DNA of 64,000 nucleotides, taken from IMG/VR virus record IMGVR_UViG_3300048583_000034, positions 35,181-99,180 of that record, one strand, 5' to 3'. The notes under the pieces are model-generated. The model was not told where the DNA came from. It ran no database searches and worked only from the letters and a program-made list of their open reading frames with translations. This DNA comes from a virus. A program made the position numbers and the translations under genes. Within the stretch, counting starts at the first letter, position 1. Each line of letters opens with the position of its first letter. This document shows, piece by piece, positions 1 through 7,681 of this stretch.

Positions 1-153
1 CATCGAAACAGATAAGATAGGATTCTCAGTCATCACTGGCTTTCTCCTCGCAGGGAACTTTAAATGATACTCGTCTCCGTTCTCAAAAGCTCACTGTCGC
101 AGTAGGTTCGCAACCCTGTATGTTAGCGGTTAATTTTGAGCGGTTTACTAAAC

Positions 154-224
154 GCCTTGTTCGTATAACGGTATTACAGTGGATTTGTAATCCTCTAACG
201 TGAGTTCGACTCTCACACTCGGCT
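154..224 (+). tRNA. tRNA-Thr(TGT)
   Basis: Cloverleaf; anticodon loop TT-TGT-AA; T-loop TTCGACT; two acceptor mismatches. Confidence 0.85.
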
Positions 225-245
225 CTGTAAGTGATTGATAATAAA

Positions 246-321
246 TGGGGTGTAGCTCAGTGGTTAGAGCAATCGGTTGATAACCGATAGGCCGACAGTT
301 CAAATCTGTCCACCCCAACCA
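246..321 (+). tRNA. tRNA-Ile(GAT)
   Basis: ATCGG-TTGATAA-CCGAT arm; encoded CCA. Confidence 0.95.
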
Positions 322-323
322 AA

Positions 324-397
324 GGAACATTAGCATAGTGGCTTAATGCACCTGCCTGTCGAGCAGGATATCGTCGGTTCGAATCCGTCATGTTTCG
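324..397 (+). tRNA. tRNA-Asp(GTC)
   Basis: CCTGC-CTGTCGA-GCAGG arm; G73. Confidence 0.92.
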
Positions 398-403
398 CAT
401 AAT

Positions 404-459
404 GGGGCTATAGTTTAGCGGTAAAACTCTGGATCTGCTTGCAAAGTTAGTCTGCCCCA
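404..459 (+). pseudogene. truncated tRNA remnant (acceptor + D arm, no T arm)
   Basis: TGGGGC/GCCCCA stem and GTTT-AGCGGTA-AAAC D-arm; rest missing. Confidence 0.5.
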
Positions 460-465
460 CTAAAT

Positions 466-1011
466 ATGTATATGGAAGATTTATTCTTTATACAGAACGG
501 TGTCAGAAGACGAGCAAAAGAAATTGAATGTGGTCATTGTAAAAATAAATTTCTTACTAGATTAAACGCAGATACAAAATACTGTAGCAGAACTTGTAAT
601 GGTGCTAGTATCAAAACTTCGATAGAGTTGGAATGCTACGAATGCAAAAAGAAATTTGAACGAAATAAATATAAAGCCGAAAATGCCAGTAAACATAACT
701 TTCATTTCTGTTCTCGTTTATGTAAAGAAAAAGCACAGAGTTTAAAAGGTTCATGTATAGAAATAAGACCGCCCCATTATGGTGAAGGAAACGGGAAAAA
801 TTCATACAGAAAGTTGGCATTTAAATCTTTTGAGCATAAATGTAATAGGTGTGGATATAATAAAATTGTTGAAGTTTTACAGGTCCATCACAAAGATAAA
901 AATAGAGAACATAATGTAGTAGAAAATTTAGAGATATTATGTCCGACTTGTCACATGGAATTCCATTTCATTGATTCGAGTGGGCTATGGGGGATGGGAT
1001 TGCTGGGGTGA
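466..1011 (+). CDS. HNH homing endonuclease with Zn-finger N-terminus
   Basis: CxxC pairs; VHHKDKNREHN...LCPTCH; TAAATA at 461. Confidence 0.9.
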   Translation: MYMEDLFFIQNGVRRRAKEIECGHCKNKFLTRLNADTKYCSRTCNGASIKTSIELECYECKKKFERNKYKAENASKHNFHFCSRLCKEKAQSLKGSCIEIRPPHYGEGNGKNSYRKLAFKSFEHKCNRCGYNKIVEVLQVHHKDKNREHNVVENLEILCPTCHMEFHFIDSSGLWGMGLLG

Positions 1012-1065
1012 ACACCTCATTTGCAATGAGGCATCAGATGGGTTCGATTCCCATATCCTCCACCA
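989..1065 (+). tRNA. tRNA-Ala(TGC)
   Basis: CCTCA-TTTGCAA-TGAGG; G3:U70; CCA; overlaps HNH stop. Confidence 0.9.
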
Positions 1066-1152
1066 TATGAAAAGAAGAGGATTTATAGGAAGTTTAATTG
1101 GTTGTATCGGTATTCCGTTTCTTCCGAAGGAAACAAAAAGCCAGTCTATGAA

Positions 1153-1302
1153 ATGGAGATACCATCAATTAATATTGATGGTAGACCACGTAAATTGAAG
1201 GCTAATTGGGGAGTAGATATCGAGAAAGACTTGATGTTGATGATGAGTATAGATATACAACAAGAGATAGATCGAGAGATAATTAATAAAATGGCTGGGT
1301 AG
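1153..1302 (+). CDS. short ORF resembling a segment of T4-like major capsid protein (possibly frameshift-fused to ORF 1067-1198)
   Basis: RKLKANW...EIDREII resembles gp23 RQLKAAY...EINREVV (recalled). Confidence 0.55.
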   Translation: MEIPSINIDGRPRKLKANWGVDIEKDLMLMMSIDIQQEIDREIINKMAG

Positions 1303-1366
1303 ACCAACGGTAGGAGTCAAGGGTCTTAGAAGCCCTCCAGTGTCGGTTCGAATCCGACCCCAGCTA
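1293..1366 (+). tRNA. tRNA-Leu(TAG), short variable loop
   Basis: AGGGT-CTTAGAA-GCCCT; T arm GTCGG-TTCGAAT-CCGAC. Confidence 0.88.
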
Positions 1367-1371
1367 CATAA

Positions 1372-1443
1372 CCACTCTAAGCTTTAATGGTGAAGCGACT
1401 GTCTGAAGAACAGTAAAAGTCGATTCGAGCACGACAGAGTGGA
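1372..1443 (+). tRNA. tRNA-Phe(GAA)
   Basis: ACTGT-CTGAAGA-ACAGT; acceptor CCACTCT/AGAGTGG. Confidence 0.85.
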
Positions 1444-1447
1444 CATC

Positions 1448-1627
1448 ATGACAGCAACATTCGCAGTTAATTTTTGTGATAACGAAGGATATGTTATCGA
1501 CAATGGTGTGTTCGTATTTTGTAACGATGATATTATATTAAAATTTGTGAATAGTGATGAATTGAAAGCCTTTGGAGAAAGATGTATTAAAATGTCAGAA
1601 GAAATTTACGAAACATACAAATATTAA
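1448..1627 (+). CDS. hypothetical protein
   Basis: ORF following tRNA-Phe. Confidence 0.6.
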   Translation: MTATFAVNFCDNEGYVIDNGVFVFCNDDIILKFVNSDELKAFGERCIKMSEEIYETYKY

Positions 1628-1630
1628 ACT

Positions 1631-1894
1631 ATGAAACTAGGAGATTTTAAAAAGGTTCCAATATCAGAAGCCATAAAAATACCAAGTGTTGGTGGTCATT
1701 ATGACTTAGTAAAAGATATGTGGTGGGGCGTGACAGATGACGAATGTATTCTGTATTACAGAGGATATTCTAGGCAATGTAACAGAAATAAAAGTATCAC
1801 AGAGTCAATCATAAATTCAGACACCCACCCAGCAACCAAGGTAATTTTTCTGGAGAGTGTTTGGGAGAAACATGATTGTAAAGATTACGAATAA
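1631..1894 (+). CDS. hypothetical protein
   Basis: ORF packed between previous ORF and tRNA-Arg. Confidence 0.7.
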   Translation: MKLGDFKKVPISEAIKIPSVGGHYDLVKDMWWGVTDDECILYYRGYSRQCNRNKSITESIINSDTHPATKVIFLESVWEKHDCKDYE

Positions 1895-1967
1895 GGATCG
1901 TTAGTAGACTGGATTATAACGTCTCTTTACGAAGGAGAAAAAAATGGTTCGATTCCATTACGGTCCA
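1895..1967 (+). tRNA. tRNA-Arg(ACG)
   Basis: TCTCT-TTACGAA-GGAGA arm. Confidence 0.88.
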
Positions 1968-1987
1968 CAATTGGGGATTGATGTAAT

Positions 1988-2062
1988 TGATGCGTAGTGT
2001 AACGGTTTAGCACCAGTGGTTTTGAACCACTTAGAGTATGGGTTCGATTCCCACCGCATCTA
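1988..2062 (+). tRNA. tRNA-Gln(TTG)
   Basis: AGTGG-TTTTGAA-CCACT arm. Confidence 0.88.
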
Positions 2063-2064
2063 CT

Positions 2065-2796
2065 TTACCCCCAATACCCTCTGGGTGGTTTGGTCAACCC
2101 TAATTTCTTAATATGTTTCTCAACAGCTTTATCGCTAACCCCTAATTCCTTCGCTATCTTAGTTGTTGGTTTACTCCACAATAATGATTTTAATTCCTCT
2201 GAGGAGGGCCAAATTATCTTTTCTCTTTTGGGGCCACGGCATTTGTTGCAAGACGTTGATAGTTTATGTTTTTTCTCACCACAATCACATAAAGTAATTT
2301 TCTTATTTTTTTTGCCAGCATATGAAGAAGTTTGTGTATGACAATTTGGACAAAGAAAACACAAGTTTTCTAAACGGTTATCGTTCGATATTCCATTTAT
2401 ATGTTCCAGTTGTAATGATAGTTGTTCGCCTAACCAAGATCCATCGTTGGAACATTTAACACATTTATAATCTACCAATTCAAATTTTACTAAATAAAGT
2501 TTAAGATTATATCTATTTCTTTCAGAGTTTTCAACCAACCAATTTTTAATAAAGTCTTCTTTTGACAATTCTCTCGTAAGATTCGATGCGTCTATTCTGG
2601 AAAGAAAATGAGAAGTTTCTAGATTCAGCTCAGATACTCTCTTTTTAACAATATGGAAGTTGTTTCCTTTGTTCTGTAAACCAAAATAATTCAAAACATC
2701 TTTCATGGATTTACTAGTTGCAACTAATTCGATAAATTTTTCATCTTCTAATTTCCAAATTTTTGATCTCTTCGCTCTTGATTTTATGGTAAGCAT
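2065..2796 (-). CDS. HNH homing endonuclease with C-terminal HTH
   Basis: LQLEHINGISNDNRLENLCFLCPNCH; TAAATA upstream. Confidence 0.92.
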   Translation of the reverse strand: MLTIKSRAKRSKIWKLEDEKFIELVATSKSMKDVLNYFGLQNKGNNFHIVKKRVSELNLETSHFLSRIDASNLTRELSKEDFIKNWLVENSERNRYNLKLYLVKFELVDYKCVKCSNDGSWLGEQLSLQLEHINGISNDNRLENLCFLCPNCHTQTSSYAGKKNKKITLCDCGEKKHKLSTSCNKCRGPKREKIIWPSSEELKSLLWSKPTTKIAKELGVSDKAVEKHIKKLGLTKPPRGYWG

Positions 2797-2830
2797 ATGT
2801 ATATTTAGTTCATCAGTGCTAACTTGTCAA

Positions 2831-2849
2831 TAAAACACTAGAACATAAT
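2831..2849 (+). promoter_or_regulatory. phage early-type promoter AAACACTAG-N2-(T/C)ANAAT driving second tRNA block
   Basis: TAAAACACTAGAACATAAT 8 nt upstream of tRNA-Ser. Confidence 0.75.
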
Positions 2850-2857
2850 CAAATAAA

Positions 2858-2950
2858 GGGTGTGTGGTCGAGTCCGGTTTATGGCACCTCACTTGAAATG
2901 AGGCGATGGGGTTAGTATCCTGTCCGCGAGTTCAAATCTTGCCGCACCCG
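2858..2950 (+). tRNA. tRNA-Ser(TGA)
   Basis: CCTCA-CTTGAAA-TGAGG; long variable arm; G73. Confidence 0.92.
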
Positions 2951-2954
2951 CATT

Positions 2955-3170
2955 ATGCTTAACGATAATAATAAGATATATGGTGATCCAAGAAGTGAGG
3001 AATCTATGAAACTTATTTCTAGTTTTCTCATAAAACATCACACAGATAAAGATGAAAATTCTTTGTGGGTGAGATTTAATCAACTGATGGGCAAAGCACA
3101 CGATCAAGAATTGGATCATAGGGCAACATGGAACTCATATCTAAGAGTCGTAGAAGAAAAAATGAAATAA
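2955..3170 (+). CDS. hypothetical protein
   Basis: ORF filling gap between tRNAs. Confidence 0.6.
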   Translation: MLNDNNKIYGDPRSEESMKLISSFLIKHHTDKDENSLWVRFNQLMGKAHDQELDHRATWNSYLRVVEEKMK

Positions 3171-3171
3171 A

Positions 3172-3243
3172 GGGGAATTGTTGTAATTGGTAGCAAAACT
3201 GGGTTACATCCAGCTAGTAAGGGTTCAAGTCCTTTATTCCTCA
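3172..3243 (+). tRNA. tRNA-Val(TAC)
   Basis: CTGG-GTTACAT-CCAG arm; T-loop TTCAAGT. Confidence 0.85.
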
Positions 3244-3245
3244 CA

Positions 3246-3360
3246 AACTAATAACTAGAGAGATCGACTAATCCGGTCGAGAAAATTAACGGAAAAGCTC
3301 TGCGGACGATGGTGAACAGTTGGAATCCTGACGAAAATTTAATGCCCGCATTATTAGTTT
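3246..3360 (+). ncRNA. unknown structured RNA (~115 nt)
   Basis: Closing stem AAACTAATAA/TTATTAGTTT fills the gap between two tRNAs; internal hairpins. Confidence 0.55.
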
Positions 3361-3362
3361 AT

Positions 3363-3452
3363 GGAAGTTTGACAGAGTGGTAATGTGCCTACTTGGAAAG
3401 TAGAGGCCAACTTTAATAGGTTGCGGGAGTTCAAATCTCTCAACTTCCGCCA
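3363..3452 (+). tRNA. tRNA-Ser(GGA)
   Basis: CTAC-TTGGAAA-GTAG; long V arm; CCA. Confidence 0.92.
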
Positions 3453-3456
3453 CATT

Positions 3457-3541
3457 GGAAGATTGGCAGAGTGGTAATGCGTCTGGTTGCTAACCAGTAG
3501 CCTACCGAAAGGTAGCGGGAGTTCGATCCTCTCATCTTCCG
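3457..3541 (+). tRNA. tRNA-Ser(GCT)
   Basis: CTGG-TTGCTAA-CCAG; long V arm. Confidence 0.92.
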
Positions 3542-3570
3542 CATTGTTTTGTGATATGTTTAAAAATAAA

Positions 3571-3642
3571 AGGTCCATCGTATAATGGTTAATACAGAGG
3601 CTTCCAACCCCTCTGATCTGCGTTCGATTCGTAGTGGACCTG
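3571..3642 (+). tRNA. tRNA-Trp(CCA)
   Basis: Loop TT-CCA-AC; A1:U72, G73. Confidence 0.8.
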
Positions 3643-3645
3643 CTG

Positions 3646-3889
3646 TAAGATTATTAAGGATGTTGGCCTAAAGGTAGCAATCATATAATGAGTAACGAAT
3701 ATACAACAAGAAATTAACCTAGGTGTAGGGAGAAATCGGTAGAGTATATCGGGGAAACTGGCTAGAGTTTGATATGTTTGGTCCCCTTAGCCAAAGGGAC
3801 TTAATGATTATATAGATACACTGGAAAATAATCAGATGCATATCAAGACCCGCAGAGTTTTTGGTGTAATAACACGCTTTCTAATCTTA
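3646..3889 (+). ncRNA. 23S rRNA H42-H44 (L11/L10-binding, GTPase-associated centre)-like RNA with ~170-nt insertion
   Basis: AGGATGTTGGCCTAAAGGTAGCAATCATATAATGAGT ... GTGTAATAAC; closing stem TAAGATTA/TAATCTTA. Confidence 0.75.
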
Positions 3890-3894
3890 TTAAT

Positions 3895-3965
3895 GTCTCG
3901 TTGGTCAAATGGTAAGGCGGCGGATTGCAAATTCGCAGTTGGGGGTTCGATTCCCTCACGGGACT
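3895..3965 (+). tRNA. tRNA-Cys(GCA)
   Basis: GCGGA-TTGCAAA-TTCGC; U73. Confidence 0.9.
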
Positions 3966-3966
3966 C

Positions 3967-3994
3967 TTGACTTCTTAAAACACTAGGTTACAAT
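3967..3994 (+). promoter_or_regulatory. early-type promoter with -35-like TTGACT
   Basis: TTGACTTCTTAAAACACTAGG-T-TACAAT; first 21 nt identical at 19943. Confidence 0.75.
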
Positions 3995-4005
3995 ACGAAT
4001 TCAAT

Positions 4006-4464
4006 ATGAATCAGCAATTACTAGATCATGACTCTGAAACACTCAAGCATGTTAACTGTGTTCGAGAAAATTTATGGACTCTGATCAAAGAACTGGATAA
4101 GCGAGCACAAGTCCATGATGCTTCTAAATTTGAAGAACCTGAACGTAGTGTGTTTGCAGAGAATACTCCTAAGTTGGCAAGGACTGAATATGGCACACCA
4201 GAATATACAGAACTCCTAAAAGAAGTTAAGGTCGCCATTGATCATCATTATGCCAAGAACACTCACCATCCTGAGCATTGGCCAAATGGTATTGAGGATA
4301 TGGATCTTTTGGACTTGGTGGAAATGTTGTCGGACTGGGCTGCTGCAACTAAAAGGAACAAGAATGGGAACATTCATAAATCGATTGAACACAACCAAAC
4401 AAGATTTGGTATCAGTGAACAGTTATCGAAAATCTTTACCAACACAGTGAATAGATATTTTTAA
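4006..4464 (+). CDS. HD-like metal-binding protein (DUF5662-like)
   Basis: HDASK, HHYAKNTHHPEH, EMLSDW motifs. Confidence 0.7.
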   Translation: MNQQLLDHDSETLKHVNCVRENLWTLIKELDKRAQVHDASKFEEPERSVFAENTPKLARTEYGTPEYTELLKEVKVAIDHHYAKNTHHPEHWPNGIEDMDLLDLVEMLSDWAAATKRNKNGNIHKSIEHNQTRFGISEQLSKIFTNTVNRYF

Positions 4465-4465
4465 T

Positions 4466-4732
4466 ATGACTACTACAAAATTAGAACTTGGCGACTATGT
4501 CGAATATAGGGATTACCTCTTTGAGGTGATGATGGATAAAGAGGGTAAGGGAAGATTGGAATTGGAACATACAAAAGATTGGTATTATGGTGAAAGAATA
4601 CCGATGAACGAAGTAGACCAATCCCAATGTATGGTGGTTAGAGATCATAAAAATTGGAAATGGTCTCCAAAGCAAAAAATGCATGGTTTCGGGTGGTCAA
4701 TAAATCCAAGATATCAATATATCCCAGCATGA
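4466..4732 (+). CDS. hypothetical protein
   Basis: Operonic ORF, ATGA overlap with next gene. Confidence 0.7.
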   Translation: MTTTKLELGDYVEYRDYLFEVMMDKEGKGRLELEHTKDWYYGERIPMNEVDQSQCMVVRDHKNWKWSPKQKMHGFGWSINPRYQYIPA

Positions 4733-5271
4733 AGTTCACACAACTCTTAAGAAGTGTTCTCTTAACTGAGAACTCCAAACCAAGATCTTATTCTTGTCTA
4801 ATGGTAGATTGCACAGACTTTGAAAAACACTTGAAAGTTATTCAAGATGGAATCGAGAAACAAGATCTATATGATGAAGAAGGATATGGTCTTGAGAAAG
4901 AACCACACATCACAGTTCTCTATGGGATTCATGAACAAGATCCAACAGTTGTAAAACAATCTTTGGATCTTGTTCCGGTTGAGTATGAACTCACTGGACT
5001 CTCATTATTTGAAAATGATAAGTATGATGTCCTCAAATGTTCAGTCAAATCCAAAGATCTAAAAGCTTTGAATAAGCAATGTTGTGAGAACCTAGAGTTC
5101 ACCAACGATTATCCTGATTATATCCCTCACCTAACGGTGGCATATTTGAATCCGGGTGCTGGTAAGAAATATGTTAAGACGAAGTCCGAAGGATTCGGTA
5201 AAGAATATAAGTCGGGAAAATTCATCTTCTCAAATAAAGATTCGAAGAAAACAAATTGGACTATCTCATAA
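4729..5271 (+). CDS. 2H phosphoesterase (LigT / T4 57B-Acb1 superfamily)
   Basis: Two HxT motifs PHITVLYG and PHLTVAY; start reassigned to ATG 4729. Confidence 0.85.
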   Translation: MKFTQLLRSVLLTENSKPRSYSCLMVDCTDFEKHLKVIQDGIEKQDLYDEEGYGLEKEPHITVLYGIHEQDPTVVKQSLDLVPVEYELTGLSLFENDKYDVLKCSVKSKDLKALNKQCCENLEFTNDYPDYIPHLTVAYLNPGAGKKYVKTKSEGFGKEYKSGKFIFSNKDSKKTNWTIS

Positions 5272-5293
5272 AACACTAGGTTATAATTGTGAT

Positions 5294-5827
5294 ATGTGGT
5301 ATCCAATCAATCCTCAATACGATAGAGGTCTCCCAATCAACGCCCATCCGGGTGCATTTGGAAATGCTCGTAAATATAACTTCCATGAAGGCATCGATCT
5401 TTATGGAAAAGAAGGAATGTTTGTTTATGCTATTCATTCTGGAGTAGTTGTTTCAAATGAAAGATTTACTGGTCCTTCTGTTGGCCACGATTGGTGGCTT
5501 GAGACAGACGCAGTGACGATCAAATCCGATACTGAATACTTTGTCTACGGAGAACTCAAGAGCGATTTAAAGGTTGGTGATGAAGTTAAATGGGGTCAAG
5601 TGATTGGGGAATTAGTTCCAGTCCTTCCACCTGAAAAAATTCGATCATACATTCCCCAACACTCGAATGTTATGCTTCACTTAGAAAAGTGGAACTTTAA
5701 ATATCCGGGTCAATGGAAAGCTTGGACAACCAGAGAAGATAGACCTGAATGGTTGGAAGATCCAACACCAGATCTTATTAATATCTTAACTAAAGCACAT
5801 CAAAAAGTATTTTTTCTGACGGTATGA
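5294..5827 (+). CDS. M23-family peptidase-like protein
   Basis: HEGIDL (HxxxD) and MLHLE (degenerate HxH); promoter 5269-5287 just upstream. Confidence 0.75.
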   Translation: MWYPINPQYDRGLPINAHPGAFGNARKYNFHEGIDLYGKEGMFVYAIHSGVVVSNERFTGPSVGHDWWLETDAVTIKSDTEYFVYGELKSDLKVGDEVKWGQVIGELVPVLPPEKIRSYIPQHSNVMLHLEKWNFKYPGQWKAWTTREDRPEWLEDPTPDLINILTKAHQKVFFLTV

Positions 5828-6114
5828 CTACATACACACTATATGAATCAGCATCCACGGATGGTTACACTACATCCGGTGATGGTAAGTATTTCCTCAG
5901 TGAAAAGGATGCTGGTAGCCATGCTTATTATAAGCATGGTGGACATGGTAGAGTGATTTCACACCATTATATCGTTCGCATAAACGAAGAATACTATAAA
6001 TTAGTATCACCAAATCCTGTCGTTCTATATGGGTCTAAACAATATACCGAATTATTAAAGCAGAGAGCATTTGATAAATTAACTAGAGAGGAGCAAGAGG
6101 CTTTAGGATTATGA
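5824..6114 (+). CDS. hypothetical protein
   Basis: Coupled ORF; KLTREEQEALGL phage-type C-terminus. Confidence 0.75.
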   Translation: MTTYTLYESASTDGYTTSGDGKYFLSEKDAGSHAYYKHGGHGRVISHHYIVRINEEYYKLVSPNPVVLYGSKQYTELLKQRAFDKLTREEQEALGL

Positions 6115-6764
6115 AAATTTTAATAACTAGCGGAGGATGCAAAGTCCCCATTGATGATGTGAGAAACATTGGAAACTTTTCATCTGGAAGATATGGTTCA
6201 TCTATAGCTGAACACTTTACAGATAAAGAAAATGTAGATATCATCTTCTTTCACGAAAGAGGAACTAACCATACACAATACGGCCCTGTGGATGTAGAGC
6301 TATATAATAATTCTCGTATAAGATTTATCGAGTATAAAGATTATTACGATTATCTTAAAGTAAAAGATCTTATCAAAGAAGAGCAACCAGACATCATTAT
6401 CTCCGCAGCGGCAATCTCTGATTACATCGTAGATAAAACTGAAGGGAAGATTTCTTCGGATGGTGATGAACTCGTTATCAGATTGAGGAAAGGTGAGAAA
6501 GTTATTAAAAGCTTTAGATCGCTCGCTCCAAACGCCATCATTGTAGGATTCAAACTTTTAGTTAGCCCTAATTCCGAGGAAGTTCAAAATGCTATCTCCA
6601 AAGTCTTCAAAGCTGAAGTTGATTATGTTGTCTTCAACGATTTAACCGAACTTCGAAAAGGAAATCAGAGAAGAGTAGCGATTGGAAAGTTTGATTCATT
6701 TTATAGCGAGATTCCAGAAGCCAAAGACTTAGTCGAGTTATTAATTAAAAGGGTTTACCCATGA
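6111..6764 (+). CDS. coaB: phosphopantothenate-cysteine ligase
   Basis: ITSGG..VPIDDVRNIGNFSSGRYG, AAAISDY, VGFKL. Confidence 0.9.
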   Translation: MKILITSGGCKVPIDDVRNIGNFSSGRYGSSIAEHFTDKENVDIIFFHERGTNHTQYGPVDVELYNNSRIRFIEYKDYYDYLKVKDLIKEEQPDIIISAAAISDYIVDKTEGKISSDGDELVIRLRKGEKVIKSFRSLAPNAIIVGFKLLVSPNSEEVQNAISKVFKAEVDYVVFNDLTELRKGNQRRVAIGKFDSFYSEIPEAKDLVELLIKRVYP

Positions 6765-7276
6765 ATGTATTACTAGGAGTAACTGGAAGTGTTGCGGCAA
6801 CACTGAATCCGAAGCTGGAATATGCTATGAAGGATGCTGATCATATTATCAGAACTGTCTTAACCGAGTCTGCTAAGAGATTCACATATTCTACTCAAAC
6901 ATCATATGATGATGAAGATGAATGGAGATATTATGAGGCAGAATCTAGAGTTCTGCATATTGACTTAGTCAAATGGGCCGATATATTCTTGATTGCTCCT
7001 TGCACTGCCAACACCCTTTCAAAAATCGAAGTCGGTATTTGTGATAATCTTTTAACATCTTGTGTCAGAGCTTGGCCTATGGATAAGAGGAGAATCATAT
7101 TAGCACCTGCAATGAATACAGAGATGTGGAACAAACCACATATCGATAGACAATATGATTCTATGGCAAGATCTGGTAATTATGATTGGGTTATGCCAGT
7201 GGAAAAGAAATTATATTGTGGAGACACAGGCATTGGTGCCATGGCAGATATTAGAGATATTATAAAAAGATTATGA
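6761..7276 (+). CDS. coaC: phosphopantothenoylcysteine decarboxylase (HFCD flavoprotein)
   Basis: GVTGSVAA, VLHI, APCTANTLSK, PAMN, CGDTGIGAM. Confidence 0.9.
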   Translation: MNVLLGVTGSVAATLNPKLEYAMKDADHIIRTVLTESAKRFTYSTQTSYDDEDEWRYYEAESRVLHIDLVKWADIFLIAPCTANTLSKIEVGICDNLLTSCVRAWPMDKRRIILAPAMNTEMWNKPHIDRQYDSMARSGNYDWVMPVEKKLYCGDTGIGAMADIRDIIKRL

Positions 7277-7677
7277 GTAAACAAATAGAATTGGTGGAGG
7301 AATTGTTTGACGAGTTACATGAATTAGCAGTCTGGGAGGGTTGCGAAACTGGGGATTTGTGTCATAGTCTGATGGATATTTGGGAAGGTTATAGCTCATA
7401 CATGTCATTAGACCTTCAGCAATCATTAGAGAATGAGATTAGATTACTGTATGGAATTTTAAAAGAACAAAAGGATGAAGAGGATGCTGAGAAAGAATTA
7501 GCCAAACAAATCTTCGGACCAGCTACAAGGATCTCGATGAAAATCAATGATCTCACCTTTGAAGTTACTCTCAAAAGAGAAGTAAATAATAGAGACCATA
7601 AAGACATGGCACTAGCTCTTAAGGAAGTTGTTGCGATGTTGGAAGCTGAAGAAGTAGAAGACCCAGATATTTTTTGA
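7273..7677 (+). CDS. acidic hypothetical protein
   Basis: Coupled ORF. Confidence 0.7.
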   Translation: MSKQIELVEELFDELHELAVWEGCETGDLCHSLMDIWEGYSSYMSLDLQQSLENEIRLLYGILKEQKDEEDAEKELAKQIFGPATRISMKINDLTFEVTLKREVNNRDHKDMALALKEVVAMLEAEEVEDPDIF

Positions 7678-7681
7678 TACG

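Noticed and set aside
404-459. GGGGCT... as a tmRNA 5' end
   Set aside because: Pairs locally with GCCCCA within 55 nt and has a tRNA D-arm; no tag ORF or matching 3' end
148-460. Minus-strand ORFs 148-336 and 257-460 (also 2889-3119, 3354-3578)
   Set aside because: Antisense shadows of tRNA genes
3327-3340. CTGACGA as a hammerhead ribozyme core
   Set aside because: No stem II followed by GAAA and no cleavage triplet context
3646-3889. A true rRNA gene or host contamination
   Set aside because: Only two short blocks resemble 23S, split by an unrelated insert and embedded between phage tRNAs
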